A DNA stretch of 32,000 bases from Nitrospira sp. (GTDB lineage Bacteria; Nitrospirota; Nitrospiria; Nitrospirales; Nitrospiraceae): assembly GCA_030123625.1 (NCBI GenBank), contig CP126121.1, positions 814,179 through 846,178 of the forward strand, given 5' to 3'. Every line of letters begins with the position of its first letter. The first letter of the stretch is position 1. Under the pieces are notes generated by a model. It was not told where the DNA came from. It worked only from the letters and a program-made list of their open reading frames with translations, and made no database searches. This document shows, one piece after another, positions 1 to 8,387 of this stretch. Made by a program: the position numbers and the translations under genes.

Positions 1-60
1 CTCGGGTATCCGGACCAAGCAGCGGCGACGCGTTCAGAAAGAACCCTAGTGCTCCAGTAC

Positions 61-90
61 TTGAAAGAACAGTCTACGGGGTGGTACATT
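61..90 (+). promoter_or_regulatory. Candidate sigma70 promoter upstream of the first amoD/E paralogue (TTGAAA-18 nt-TACATT)
   Basis: TTGAAA at 61-66, 18-nt spacer, TACATT at 85-90, about 48 nt upstream of the ATG at 138. Hexamer match only. Confidence 0.25.
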
Positions 91-137
91 TCTAAAAATC
101 TAGACCGTTCAAGAATATTGACACTGCAAATGAAGTC

Positions 138-725
138 ATGATTACGCAGGCAAGACGTTTTGGCCCGCCCCTGTTTCTACTGACTCTTACGGCGATATTC
201 AGCCCTAGTCTCGCCGCCGCGCATGGAAACGTGTCGATGGAAGAGGACATTTGCGTGCGAAGAATCGGCGGGAATATGGTGCATTTCAGCGCATACCAGC
301 CACAAATCGAACCGAAGGCTCAATACTGCACGGATATCCCGGATGTGGGTGACACCTTTCTCGTGGTGGACTTGGTCGACCCGAGCCTGCGCAATCTGCC
401 GGTGGGAGTCAAAATCATTCGAGGGATCAATGAAAATGAGCAAGACGAGGCCAAGACCGTCGCGTATTGGAAGCCGGCTTCTCACCCTGATGGCGTCGTG
501 AGGGGAGAAGCGAAGTTGGATAAGGGCCTCTATAAGCTGATCATAACGGCGGAAGGGCTCAGCCCTTCTTCCTATTTACTGCGGGTGCAACAGATCGACT
601 ATTCAAAACTTGGGCGCGCGGCTCTAGGACCCTTGGCTTTGCTGTTGGTACTCGGAATCGTTGGGTATGAGCTCTCGAAATCGAGCCGAGTGCGGGGTTG
701 GTTTGCATCTCGCCGTCGTTCGTAA
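138..725 (+). CDS. amoE: AmoD/AmoE (PmoD-family) periplasmic copper protein, paralogue 1, the most divergent and tentatively AmoE
   Basis: 195 aa. Signal peptide ends AAA|HG and there is a C-terminal TM helix with a basic tail. Cx7MxH motif is present (C39, M47, H49). Clearly paralogous to the next two ORFs and sits in an amo/cop cluster. Confidence 0.75.
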   Translation: MITQARRFGPPLFLLTLTAIFSPSLAAAHGNVSMEEDICVRRIGGNMVHFSAYQPQIEPKAQYCTDIPDVGDTFLVVDLVDPSLRNLPVGVKIIRGINENEQDEAKTVAYWKPASHPDGVVRGEAKLDKGLYKLIITAEGLSPSSYLLRVQQIDYSKLGRAALGPLALLLVLGIVGYELSKSSRVRGWFASRRRS

Positions 726-788
726 GCAGCCGGCGCCAGCGTGTGACTATCTGAGCCTTCACTTCACCATTGCAGAGAGGGATCTTTC

Positions 789-1376
789 ATGAGGCCTTTC
801 GTATATCTGAAACTGACGGTTGGATGTGCGGTATTTGCTATAGGTGCCCTCGTTACCTCACAAGTCCATGCCCATGGCGGACTTTCCATGGCTGAAGACA
901 TGTGCAAACTTACGATCGGCCCTTACATGATGCACTTCAGCGGCTACCAGCCTGAGAACTCGCAGCAAAAGCAGTTCTGTGAGGATATCCCGGCGACCGG
1001 CCAGACGATCGTGGTACTGGATTACATCGAGCAGGAGCTTCGCTCGCTTCCCGCCGAAGTCCGCATCATCAAAGATACGGGTTCAGAGGACAATCTTGAG
1101 GCCATTACAGTGTTTCACCTTCCGGCCAAGGTGTATCCGAATGGTTCGATCGACTTTGCATACACCTTTGACAAGCCGGGGAAGTTTGTCGGCATGGTCA
1201 CTGTCGGCGACAAGCAACAACATATATCCCGGTTCCCATTCTCTGTAGGCGAACCGAAGGTCTTTTCCAAATTCTTAAATATCTACATGGTTCCAGTCGC
1301 TGCGGTAGTCATCGTCGGCGCAATTGTCTTTTTCATGCGCGACCGCCGCAAGCCGTCGCAAATCGCGGCTTCCTAG
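789..1376 (+). CDS. amoD: AmoD/AmoE (PmoD-family) periplasmic copper protein, paralogue 2
   Basis: 195 aa. Signal peptide ends VHA|HG and there is a C-terminal TM helix plus RDRRKP tail. Cx7MxH is intact (CKLTIGPYMMH). About two-thirds identical to paralogue 3 by hand alignment of the periplasmic domain. Confidence 0.8.
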   Translation: MRPFVYLKLTVGCAVFAIGALVTSQVHAHGGLSMAEDMCKLTIGPYMMHFSGYQPENSQQKQFCEDIPATGQTIVVLDYIEQELRSLPAEVRIIKDTGSEDNLEAITVFHLPAKVYPNGSIDFAYTFDKPGKFVGMVTVGDKQQHISRFPFSVGEPKVFSKFLNIYMVPVAAVVIVGAIVFFMRDRRKPSQIAAS

Positions 1377-1434
1377 GATTAGGCGACGACGGGACCTTAC
1401 GCTTCATGAGAAGCAGAGAAAGAAGAGGTTGAAC

Positions 1435-2022
1435 ATGTCCTGTCACTTGCTGATTCGTGCGTGGGTGTGTTGCTTGTTCCTGCTGGTGCTGGCTCCTTTC
1501 CCGGCGCTGGCACAGCATGGACATGAATTAGCGACCGACACCTGCGTCCTTCACATCGGACCGTATAAGATGTACTTCAACAGCTATCAGCCCGAAACTC
1601 AGTTCGACAGGCAGTTTTGCCAGGAACTCCCAGGGACAGGTAACACGGTTTTGGTGCTGGATTATGTGGAACAGGAACTTCGTTCTCTCCCTGTTGAGGT
1701 AAGGATCATTCGGGATACCGGCTCAGAGGAGAATCTCGATGCGATCACGATCGCCCATTTACCCTCCAGGATCTACCCCACGGGATCTATCGACGTGAAG
1801 TATAACTTTGATAAGCCTGGCAAGTACATTGGTTTGGTTTCAGTGGGCGCAAACCATGAGCACCTCTCGCGATTCCCGTTTTCAATCGGCGAAACAGGAA
1901 TGATGTCTCACTTGACACACTATGTCATGGTTATTGTCCCCGTCCTGGTAGGCATCGCTGTAGCTGTGTTCTTTTCTTTTCGGGATCGTCGCAAACCTGC
2001 GGGAATCCCCGTGTCATCATAA
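1435..2022 (+). CDS. amoD: AmoD/AmoE (PmoD-family) paralogue 3, with a degenerate copper motif
   Basis: The ORF-track entry starts at an upstream TTG (1324) that overlaps the previous gene. The ATG at 1435, preceded by AAGAGG (1422-1427), gives a signal peptide and again exactly 195 aa. The motif reads CVLHIGPYKMY (Cx7-K-M-Y) instead of Cx7MxH. Confidence 0.8.
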   Translation: MSCHLLIRAWVCCLFLLVLAPFPALAQHGHELATDTCVLHIGPYKMYFNSYQPETQFDRQFCQELPGTGNTVLVLDYVEQELRSLPVEVRIIRDTGSEENLDAITIAHLPSRIYPTGSIDVKYNFDKPGKYIGLVSVGANHEHLSRFPFSIGETGMMSHLTHYVMVIVPVLVGIAVAVFFSFRDRRKPAGIPVSS

Positions 2023-2114
2023 TGATAGGCGACGGATGCCCGCTGGAGCAGTGGATTAGACGGCCGGATGCGTCGCGCTTTCTTGGATACCTTAAGCAGT
2101 AACACGGAGGACCA

Positions 2115-2516
2115 ATGATCGGCTCACCAGGCAGGCACACGTTCAGGCATGTCATCTTGATCGTGGCGTTCGTCTTGGGAGTTCCCGCCACCTCGGCCTT
2201 CGCGCATTCCATGTTGGTCAAGGCAGAACCACCACGGCGGGCCGTCCTTACCAAATCGCCGAGTCAGGTGCGCTTGTGGTTCAATGAGAAAATCGAAGGA
2301 GACTATGCTTCTCTCGTGGTCCTTGATGCCAAGAAACAGCCGATCACCGAGTTGAAGCCCACCCTGGCCCCTGACGATCAAAAATCGATCGTCCTGCCGT
2401 TGCCCGAGCTATCGCCCGGCAAGTATTCCGTCAAGTTTCGCGTTCTCTCGGTGGACGGACATGTCGTCGAGTCATCTTTCGACTTCACCGTGAAGGGCGA
2501 AGCCCACAAAAAATGA
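2115..2516 (+). CDS. copC: CopC-family periplasmic copper-binding protein
   Basis: 133 aa. Signal peptide is cleaved at AFA|HS, giving an N-terminal His. CopC-like beta-sandwich sequence with a ...SVDGH... motif. The stop overlaps the copD start (ATGA at 2513-2516). Confidence 0.9.
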   Translation: MIGSPGRHTFRHVILIVAFVLGVPATSAFAHSMLVKAEPPRRAVLTKSPSQVRLWFNEKIEGDYASLVVLDAKKQPITELKPTLAPDDQKSIVLPLPELSPGKYSVKFRVLSVDGHVVESSFDFTVKGEAHKK

Positions 2517-4528
2517 TCGAGGCTGCTGGCGCGCTGTTCCGCTGTCTGCAGCTGGCCTCCTCTATGCTGCTGGTCGGTGGTTGCGTGTTTTTGGCAATTG
2601 CCGAGCAGAAGTACTCTGCCTCCCGATATACGTGGCCGGCTCGTCTGAAACAGTTCTTTCCATGGCTGGCCGTAACACTGTTGCTCGGGTTATTCGGTCT
2701 CCTCGCTACAACGACGGCACAAGCGACCGGAGCTCCTGAAAATTCTTGGAATCCGCAAGCCTGGTTAGACTTCTTACAAAAAACCCGCATCGGGCTTATT
2801 TGGATTTTGCGCGCTTCTAGCGCCCTCGCTGTCCTTGTGATGGTTCTGTACGTTCGATTTTCTCCTCCAGCGCAATGGCGCTACGTTACCTGTGCGTCAG
2901 TTGCGGCTCTGCCCCTGGCCCTCAGTTCTCTCGCCAGCCATTCGGCGGCCGAGGAGCAGGCGGTTGGGGTCACGTTGTCCTATGCCCTGCATGTCATAAC
3001 AGCCAGTGTCTGGCTCGGCGGCCTGCCGGGCGTGCTCCTTGTTGCCTCCACCACCACGACCGAATCGCCGGACGACCGATCACGTGCCGGAGAAGTGCTG
3101 AGCCGTTTTTCGGCATTGGCGCTCCCCACGATGATCGCCATTGTCGTGTCGGGCCTCGTCGTGGCCAATCGCATGATCGACACAAATTACGCCGGACTCG
3201 TCGCAACGACCTACGGCTTGCTCCTTATCGCCAAACTTACGTTGCTGGCTATCATTCTTTTTATCGCCTCGCGCGCGAAGTCTGTTTGGGTGCCGTCGCT
3301 TAATCAGAGTTCGATTATAGCCGCAGCGGGCGGACGAAAGCTCCGGACGTGGGTGAGAGTTGAATTCGTTCTCGCCATCCTACTGATAATCGTCGCCACG
3401 TTGTTGGCCAACGCCGTGCCCGCCAAACATGATGTGATCGATTACTGGCCCTACCCCTTTCGCTTCTCCATCGATGCCACATGGGGCGATTGGCTTGTAC
3501 GAGCTATCGTACTCACCGGCCTTGTACTCCTGATCATAGCCGGAACGATGATCGTTCTCAGCCGCAAAAAACATTGGGGAACCTCGTGGCGGATCACTGC
3601 TCCGACAGTTTTAGGAATCCTTGGACTTGCCGCGGCACTCTATCCCATTTCCGTGCAGTCGTACCCGGAAACCTATCGGAAAACTCCGGTACCCTTCGAC
3701 GCCATCTCCATTGCCAACGGTGTTGAGTTATTTGCCGCGAATTGCATTCCCTGTCATGGGCCGCAAGCAAAGGGAAATGGCGTACTGGCCAAAACATTGC
3801 CGAAACAACCGGTAGACCTTCTGACGGAACCGCATACCGCCATGCATACGGCCGGTGACTTCTTCCATTGGCTGACCTACGGACGATTCAACGGTATCAT
3901 GCCGGCCTTCGGCGACAAATTTTCCGAAGAAGAACGCTGGGACCTGCTGAATTTTCTTCATGCCAATTCCCGAGGGTATCAATCGAGGATCATCACCCCT
4001 CGTATTCTGCCTGAGCAACCGTTCATGGCTACTCCGAACTTCTCGTATACCGCGCACGATGGCTCAAGCGGCACACTGAAGGATTTCCGCGGGAAGCAAG
4101 ATGTGCTGCTGATCTTCTTTTCATGGCCGGAATCGCGCGTTCGGCTCGATCAACTCCGTACGGCTGCCGCCTCAATCATCGGAAAGAATACGGCCATCTT
4201 GGCAGTCCCCATGACTGACTTAGCTCCGGATGAACTGACCGCAATCGTACGGGATATGCCCTTCCCTGTCGTCACACAGGGCGCGCGCGAGATCTCCAGC
4301 AGCTATGCCCTGTTCCGAAGGACACTCTCTATTCCGGATTTGTTCGGCGAAGGAACGAGTCCAAAGCATATGGAATTTCTCATCGACCGCTTTGGTTATT
4401 TGCGGGCACGATGGATTCCTAACGGGGACGGATCCGGGTGGGCGGATATAACCGTGCTGACACAACAAATCACTCAACTCAATCAAGAGCGAGAAATCTT
4501 ACCTCCCCCAGGCGATCACGTTCATTAG
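2513..4528 (+). CDS. copD: CopD-family membrane protein fused to a c-type cytochrome domain and a Cys-less thioredoxin/redoxin-like domain
   Basis: 671 aa. The N-terminal ~380 aa are polytopic membrane (CopD-like). CIPCH heme motif lies at 3743-3757, with a downstream GIMPAF that could supply the Met ligand. The C-terminal ~170 aa resemble an AhpC/TSA-redoxin fold (FRGKQDVLLIFFSWPES...) but lack CxxC. Confidence 0.85.
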   Translation: MIEAAGALFRCLQLASSMLLVGGCVFLAIAEQKYSASRYTWPARLKQFFPWLAVTLLLGLFGLLATTTAQATGAPENSWNPQAWLDFLQKTRIGLIWILRASSALAVLVMVLYVRFSPPAQWRYVTCASVAALPLALSSLASHSAAEEQAVGVTLSYALHVITASVWLGGLPGVLLVASTTTTESPDDRSRAGEVLSRFSALALPTMIAIVVSGLVVANRMIDTNYAGLVATTYGLLLIAKLTLLAIILFIASRAKSVWVPSLNQSSIIAAAGGRKLRTWVRVEFVLAILLIIVATLLANAVPAKHDVIDYWPYPFRFSIDATWGDWLVRAIVLTGLVLLIIAGTMIVLSRKKHWGTSWRITAPTVLGILGLAAALYPISVQSYPETYRKTPVPFDAISIANGVELFAANCIPCHGPQAKGNGVLAKTLPKQPVDLLTEPHTAMHTAGDFFHWLTYGRFNGIMPAFGDKFSEEERWDLLNFLHANSRGYQSRIITPRILPEQPFMATPNFSYTAHDGSSGTLKDFRGKQDVLLIFFSWPESRVRLDQLRTAAASIIGKNTAILAVPMTDLAPDELTAIVRDMPFPVVTQGAREISSSYALFRRTLSIPDLFGEGTSPKHMEFLIDRFGYLRARWIPNGDGSGWADITVLTQQITQLNQEREILPPPGDHVH

Positions 4529-4635
4529 AAAAATCTCATTTTACGTAGTCGGCCTTATTGCTTTTTCTTGCAGTCAACAGGCCTTTTCGTCGTCCAGCAA
4601 AAGCCGATTTGGCACCAGGAGCTTCCCCGCTGATC

Positions 4636-4664
4636 TTGACTTCCAATACCCGCAGGAGTATACC
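4636..4664 (+). promoter_or_regulatory. Candidate amoC promoter P1 (TTGACT-17 nt-TATACC)
   Basis: Hexamers at 4636-4641 and 4659-4664 in the 356-bp copD-amoC spacer. It would give a ~215-nt leader. Confidence 0.3.
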
Positions 4665-4736
4665 TGCCCCTCTAAGCCGAACCTCTCATTTGCGCTGTAG
4701 GCAAGGGGTTAGGTGGCCTATCTCATGATATTTTGC

Positions 4737-4766
4737 TTGACTCGTCTCGAAGCTTTGTCGGATACT
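4737..4766 (+). promoter_or_regulatory. Candidate amoC promoter P2 (TTGACT-18 nt-GATACT)
   Basis: Hexamers at 4737-4742 and 4761-4766. It would give a ~110-nt leader. AGGAGG lies at 4870-4875 ahead of the amoC ATG. Confidence 0.3.
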
Positions 4767-4884
4767 TGCTCACCTTTTGCCGGGTCTTCCGCCAGAAGAA
4801 GCATATCAATCGTGGCAAGGTCCTTTCTTCAAACGTGGTATTCGGTAGTAGGACACTTTCATTTAACACAAGGAGGTAGGGGAC

Positions 4885-5703
4885 ATGGCAGCTGACAGTT
4901 CTGGGCGAGGGTATGACATCTCGCAGTGGTACGACTCGAAGCCGGTGAAAATCGGCTGGTTGGCGATCTTGGGAATCGGGGTCTTCTGGGTGCTGTACCA
5001 GCGGGCGTTCGGGTACTCGCACGGGTTGGACTCCATGACCCCGGAGTTTGATTCGGTGTGGATGGGCCTGTGGCGGTTTAACATTTTGGCGAACGCGGTG
5101 TTTTTTGCGGTGACCATTGGCTGGATCTGGGTGACGCGGGACCGGAACCTGGCGAACCTGGACCACAAGCTGGAGCTGAAGCGGTACTTTTACTGGATGG
5201 GGTGGTTGGTGTGCTACATCTGGGGCGTGTACTACGCGGGGAGCTACACATTGGAGCAGGATGCGGCGTGGCACCAAGTGATCATCCGGGACACGAGCTT
5301 CACGGCGAGCCACATTGTGGCGTTCTACGGGACGTTCCCGTTGTACATCACGTGCGGGGTGGCGAGTTATCTGTATGCGCAGACGCGGCTGCCGTTGTAC
5401 GCGCAGGCGACGTCGTTTCCGTTGGTGGCGGCGGTGGTGGGGCCGATGTTCATTCTGCCGAACGTGGGGTTGAACGAGTGGGGCCATGCGTTCTGGTTTG
5501 TGGATGAGCTGTTTTCGGCGCCGTTGCACTGGGGCTTCGTGACGTTGGGGTGGTGCGGGTTGTTCGGGGCCGCGGGCGGCGTGGCGGCGCAGATCGTGAG
5601 CCGGATGTCGAATCTGGCCGACGTGATCTGGAACAACGCGCCGAAGAGCATCCTGGATCCGTTCCCCAGCCAGGTGAACCCCAACGCCAAGGCAGGGTAC
5701 TAA
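4885..5703 (+). CDS. amoC: Ammonia monooxygenase subunit C
   Basis: 272 aa polytopic membrane protein with the characteristic AmoC/PmoC sequence (...WYDSKP...[16 protein letters not shown]...HWGFVTLGW...). Strong SD. First gene of the amoCAB order. Confidence 0.97.
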   Translation: MAADSSGRGYDISQWYDSKPVKIGWLAILGIGVFWVLYQRAFGYSHGLDSMTPEFDSVWMGLWRFNILANAVFFAVTIGWIWVTRDRNLANLDHKLELKRYFYWMGWLVCYIWGVYYAGSYTLEQDAAWHQVIIRDTSFTASHIVAFYGTFPLYITCGVASYLYAQTRLPLYAQATSFPLVAAVVGPMFILPNVGLNEWGHAFWFVDELFSAPLHWGFVTLGWCGLFGAAGGVAAQIVSRMSNLADVIWNNAPKSILDPFPSQVNPNAKAGY

Positions 5704-5812
5704 GCAGCAAAGGCGGGCAGTCCAAACAACGAGCAGTCGGCATGGGAGGCTGGATGCGGCGCTTCGAGGCACAGAACGCCGGGTCGGCCTCAGCCGGCTG
5801 AAATGACGGAGG

Positions 5813-6664
5813 ATGTCAGTTATGTTTAGAACCGATGAGATTATTAAGGCTTCGAAGCTGCCGCCGGAAGGCGTCGCGATGTCCCGGCACATCGATTACA
5901 TTTACTTCATTCCGATTTTGTTCGTCACCATCGTCGGCACCTTTCACATGCACTTCGACCTGTTGGCCGGCGACTGGGACTTCTGGTTGGACTGGAAGGA
6001 CCGGCAATGGTGGCCGATCGTGACCCCGATTACGGCCATTACCTTTTGTGCGGCCCTCCAGTACTACAATTGGGTGAACTATCGCCAGCCCTTTGGGGCC
6101 ACGATCACCATCCTGGCGCTCCTCGCCGGCAAGTGGGTCACGATCGTCGCCGCGTGGTGGTGGTGGTCGAACTATCCGTATAACTTCGTCATGCCGGCCA
6201 CCTTGCTGCCGAGCGCCATCGTCCTGGACATCGTCTTGTTGTTGACCCGGAACTGGACGCTGACGGCCGTGATCGGGGCCTGGATGTTTGCCGCGTTGTT
6301 CTATCCGACGAACTGGGCGTTGTTCGCCTACAGCCATACGCCGCTGGTCGTCGATGGCACCTTGCTGTCGTGGGCGGACTACATGGGCTTCTTGTATGTC
6401 CGGACCGGAACGCCGGAGTACATTCGGATGATCGAAGTGGGCTCGCTGCGCACCTTCGGCGGGCACAGCACGATGATCTCGTCGTTCTTCGCCGCGTTTG
6501 CGTCGTCGTTGATGTACATTCTGTGGTGGCAGTTCGGCAAGTTCTTCTGCACCGCCTACTTCTACCTCACGGATGACCGGCAGCGCACGACCAAAGTCCA
6601 CGATGTGTTCGCCTATGCAACACTGGCACATGCCGATAAGGCCAAAATCGGGGGGAAAGCATGA
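5813..6664 (+). CDS. amoA: Ammonia monooxygenase subunit A
   Basis: AmoA hallmark sequence ([15 protein letters not shown]...[24 protein letters not shown]...[23 protein letters not shown]). The start is ambiguous. GGAGG at 5808-5812 is better spaced for the ATG at 5822 (MFRTDE...) than for 5813. Confidence 0.96.
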   Translation: MSVMFRTDEIIKASKLPPEGVAMSRHIDYIYFIPILFVTIVGTFHMHFDLLAGDWDFWLDWKDRQWWPIVTPITAITFCAALQYYNWVNYRQPFGATITILALLAGKWVTIVAAWWWWSNYPYNFVMPATLLPSAIVLDIVLLLTRNWTLTAVIGAWMFAALFYPTNWALFAYSHTPLVVDGTLLSWADYMGFLYVRTGTPEYIRMIEVGSLRTFGGHSTMISSFFAAFASSLMYILWWQFGKFFCTAYFYLTDDRQRTTKVHDVFAYATLAHADKAKIGGKA

Positions 6665-7920
6665 ACGTCACACATGGCTTCAAACTGTGGATAATGGGCC
6701 TCTGCGGGGTGGCGACGCTGGCGTTCACGCCGGTTTTTGATATCACCCCTGCATTCGCTCACGGCGAGCGCTCGCAGGAACCGTTCCTGCGTATGCGTAC
6801 CGTGAATTGGTATGACACTGAGTGGGTTGGGAAATCGACTAAAGTCAACGACGTGACGGAATTGAGAGGCAAGTTCCATTTGTCCGAGGACTGGCCTCGT
6901 GCAGTCGTAAAGCCGAACCGTACTTTCATCAACATCGGCTCCCCTAGTTCCGTCTTTGTGCGGCTCAGTTCTAAAGTGAATGGAACACCGATGTTTGTTT
7001 CGGGGCCGATGGAAATCGGACGTGACTATGAGTACGTAGTCACGTTGAAAGCCCGACTCCCGGGCCATCATCACATCCATCCGATGTTTGCCGTCAAGGA
7101 TGCCGGTCCGATTGCGGGTCCTGGCGGATGGATGGATATCACTGGCCGGTATGAGGATTTCACCAATCCGATTAAAACCCTTACCGGGGAAACGTTCGAC
7201 TCGGAAACCATGGGTACGGCTACTGGGATCATGTGGCACTTGTTCTGGGGGGCCGTGGCCATTTTCTGGGTCGGCTTCTTCATGATCCGACCGATGTACT
7301 TGGTCCGCGCTCGTGTCTTGGCGGCGTATGGGGATGAGATTCTACTTGACCCAATCGACCGCAAAGTGGGAACTGCGGTGTTGATCTTCGTGTTGGTCGT
7401 CGTGACCGTCGGGTATCTGGCGGCAGATGCACGGCACCCTGTGAGCGTGCCGCTTCAGGCCGGTGAAACAAAGGTCAAGCCGATGCCGATTAAGCCGAAC
7501 CCGTTCGTAGTTGAAGTCACCCATGCTGAATACGACGTTCCAGGTCGGGCGTTGCGCATGACTCTCCATGCGACAAATAACGGGACTGAACCTGTGACCA
7601 TTGGTGAATTCACGACTGCAGGTATCCGGTTTACCAACAAGATGGGGGCAACCAAACTCGATCCAAACTATCCACCTGAGTTGGTGGCTCAGGCTGGTTT
7701 GACGATGGATAATGAAGCCCCGATTCTGCCTGGTCAGACAGTCGACATCAAAGTCGAATCCAAGGACGTTCTGTGGGAAGTGCAGCGGCTGGTGGACATT
7801 CTCCACGATCCAGATCAACGCTTCGCAGGGTTATTGATGTCCTGGACAGAGAAGGGTGATCGGCTCATCAATCCGATTTGGGCTCCGGTTCTCCCGGTCT
7901 TCACCAGACTGGGCGCATAG
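6661..7920 (+). CDS. amoB: Ammonia monooxygenase subunit B
   Basis: 419 aa. Signal peptide is cleaved at AFA|[14 protein letters not shown], giving an N-terminal His. Contains an [11 protein letters not shown] copper-site motif, two central TM helices and a C-terminal cupredoxin-like domain. ATGA overlap with amoA. Confidence 0.97.
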   Translation: MNVTHGFKLWIMGLCGVATLAFTPVFDITPAFAHGERSQEPFLRMRTVNWYDTEWVGKSTKVNDVTELRGKFHLSEDWPRAVVKPNRTFINIGSPSSVFVRLSSKVNGTPMFVSGPMEIGRDYEYVVTLKARLPGHHHIHPMFAVKDAGPIAGPGGWMDITGRYEDFTNPIKTLTGETFDSETMGTATGIMWHLFWGAVAIFWVGFFMIRPMYLVRARVLAAYGDEILLDPIDRKVGTAVLIFVLVVVTVGYLAADARHPVSVPLQAGETKVKPMPIKPNPFVVEVTHAEYDVPGRALRMTLHATNNGTEPVTIGEFTTAGIRFTNKMGATKLDPNYPPELVAQAGLTMDNEAPILPGQTVDIKVESKDVLWEVQRLVDILHDPDQRFAGLLMSWTEKGDRLINPIWAPVLPVFTRLGA

Positions 7921-7940
7921 AGCAACGCGTCTCTAGGCAA

Positions 7941-7996
7941 GATGCCGACCCGTCTCCATGAAAATGGTCAGGCGGGTCGGCATCCTTGTTTCATTC
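7941..7996 (+). terminator. Rho-independent-type terminator after amoB
   Basis: GATGCCGACCCG (7941-7952) pairs perfectly with CGGGTCGGCATC (7973-7984). There is inner CCAT/ATGG pairing, followed by a weak T-tract (cttgtttcattc). Confidence 0.55.
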
Positions 7997-8198
7997 AAGA
8001 TTCAGCCTCATTTTCACTCTTTCATAATCTTTTTCCTATCCTGTCTTTGGTTCATCGAGCGCTGTCAGCCTAGGCTCAGCTCAGTTTAGTGTTCGCTAAT
8101 GCTGGGTTCTTTGTGATGGTCTTCTTATGCCGTATAAAAGACCGCGATCTGCCCTCTATCATCATGGCGAGTCTGAGATCAGCCAGTGGGAGCAAAAC

Positions 8199-8251
8199 CC
8201 GGACAGATCAGGTCTACATAAACCGGACAACTTAACTTGCTATCTCCACAG
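8199..8251 (+). mobile_element. Orphan right-end terminal repeat of the ISNCY-like element (solo IR remnant)
   Basis: 53 nt nearly identical, in the same orientation, to the right terminal repeat of the intact IS at 29174-29225 (shared ...ACATAAACCGGACAACTTAACTTGCTATCT...). No transposase body is attached. Confidence 0.8.
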
Positions 8252-8387
8252 TCACCTCTACAACTTGCCCGTCTGGCAATGGTCCTGTATGATGTTGTCG
8301 CTCTTACGAGCTTTGTGCTTCGAGATTCTGCTGTTTCTGCAGAGGTTTCAACACACAGACTCCTACATCACACCTTCTGTTAGGTCC

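Noticed and set aside
1324-1434. TTG-initiated 37-aa extension of the third AmoD/E paralogue
   Set aside because: It overlaps the end of the previous gene and is Arg-rich junk. The ATG at 1435, with an SD, restores the same 195-aa length and signal peptide as the paralogues.
4713-4895. 60-aa ORF in the copD-amoC spacer overlapping the amoC start
   Set aside because: It has no SD and no conserved features, and it overlaps the amoC SD and start. The region is better explained as the amoC promoter and leader.
4723-5892. 389-aa ORF antisense to amoC, and the 271-aa ORF at 5816-6631 antisense to amoA
   Set aside because: The translated products are low-complexity and Arg/Pro/His-rich. They are explained by the extreme G/C-ending codon usage of amoC and amoA, which removes stop codons from the opposite strand. 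The sense-strand genes are unambiguous.
8064-8251. Possibility that the solo IS end is half of a ~190-bp MITE, with a left end near 8064 (ctgtcagcctaggc...)
   Set aside because: Similarity of 8064-8100 to the IS left repeat (ctgtagctagcc...) is limited to a few scattered bases. The conserved TGTCCGG and GTAGCACATGA boxes are absent.
8127-8387. N-terminal 87 aa of the 359-aa ORF-track protein
   Set aside because: This part reads through the orphan IS terminal repeat (8199-8251), producing the same HKPDNLTCYL peptide as the non-coding IS end at 29.2 kb. The real gene probably starts at 8388 or later.
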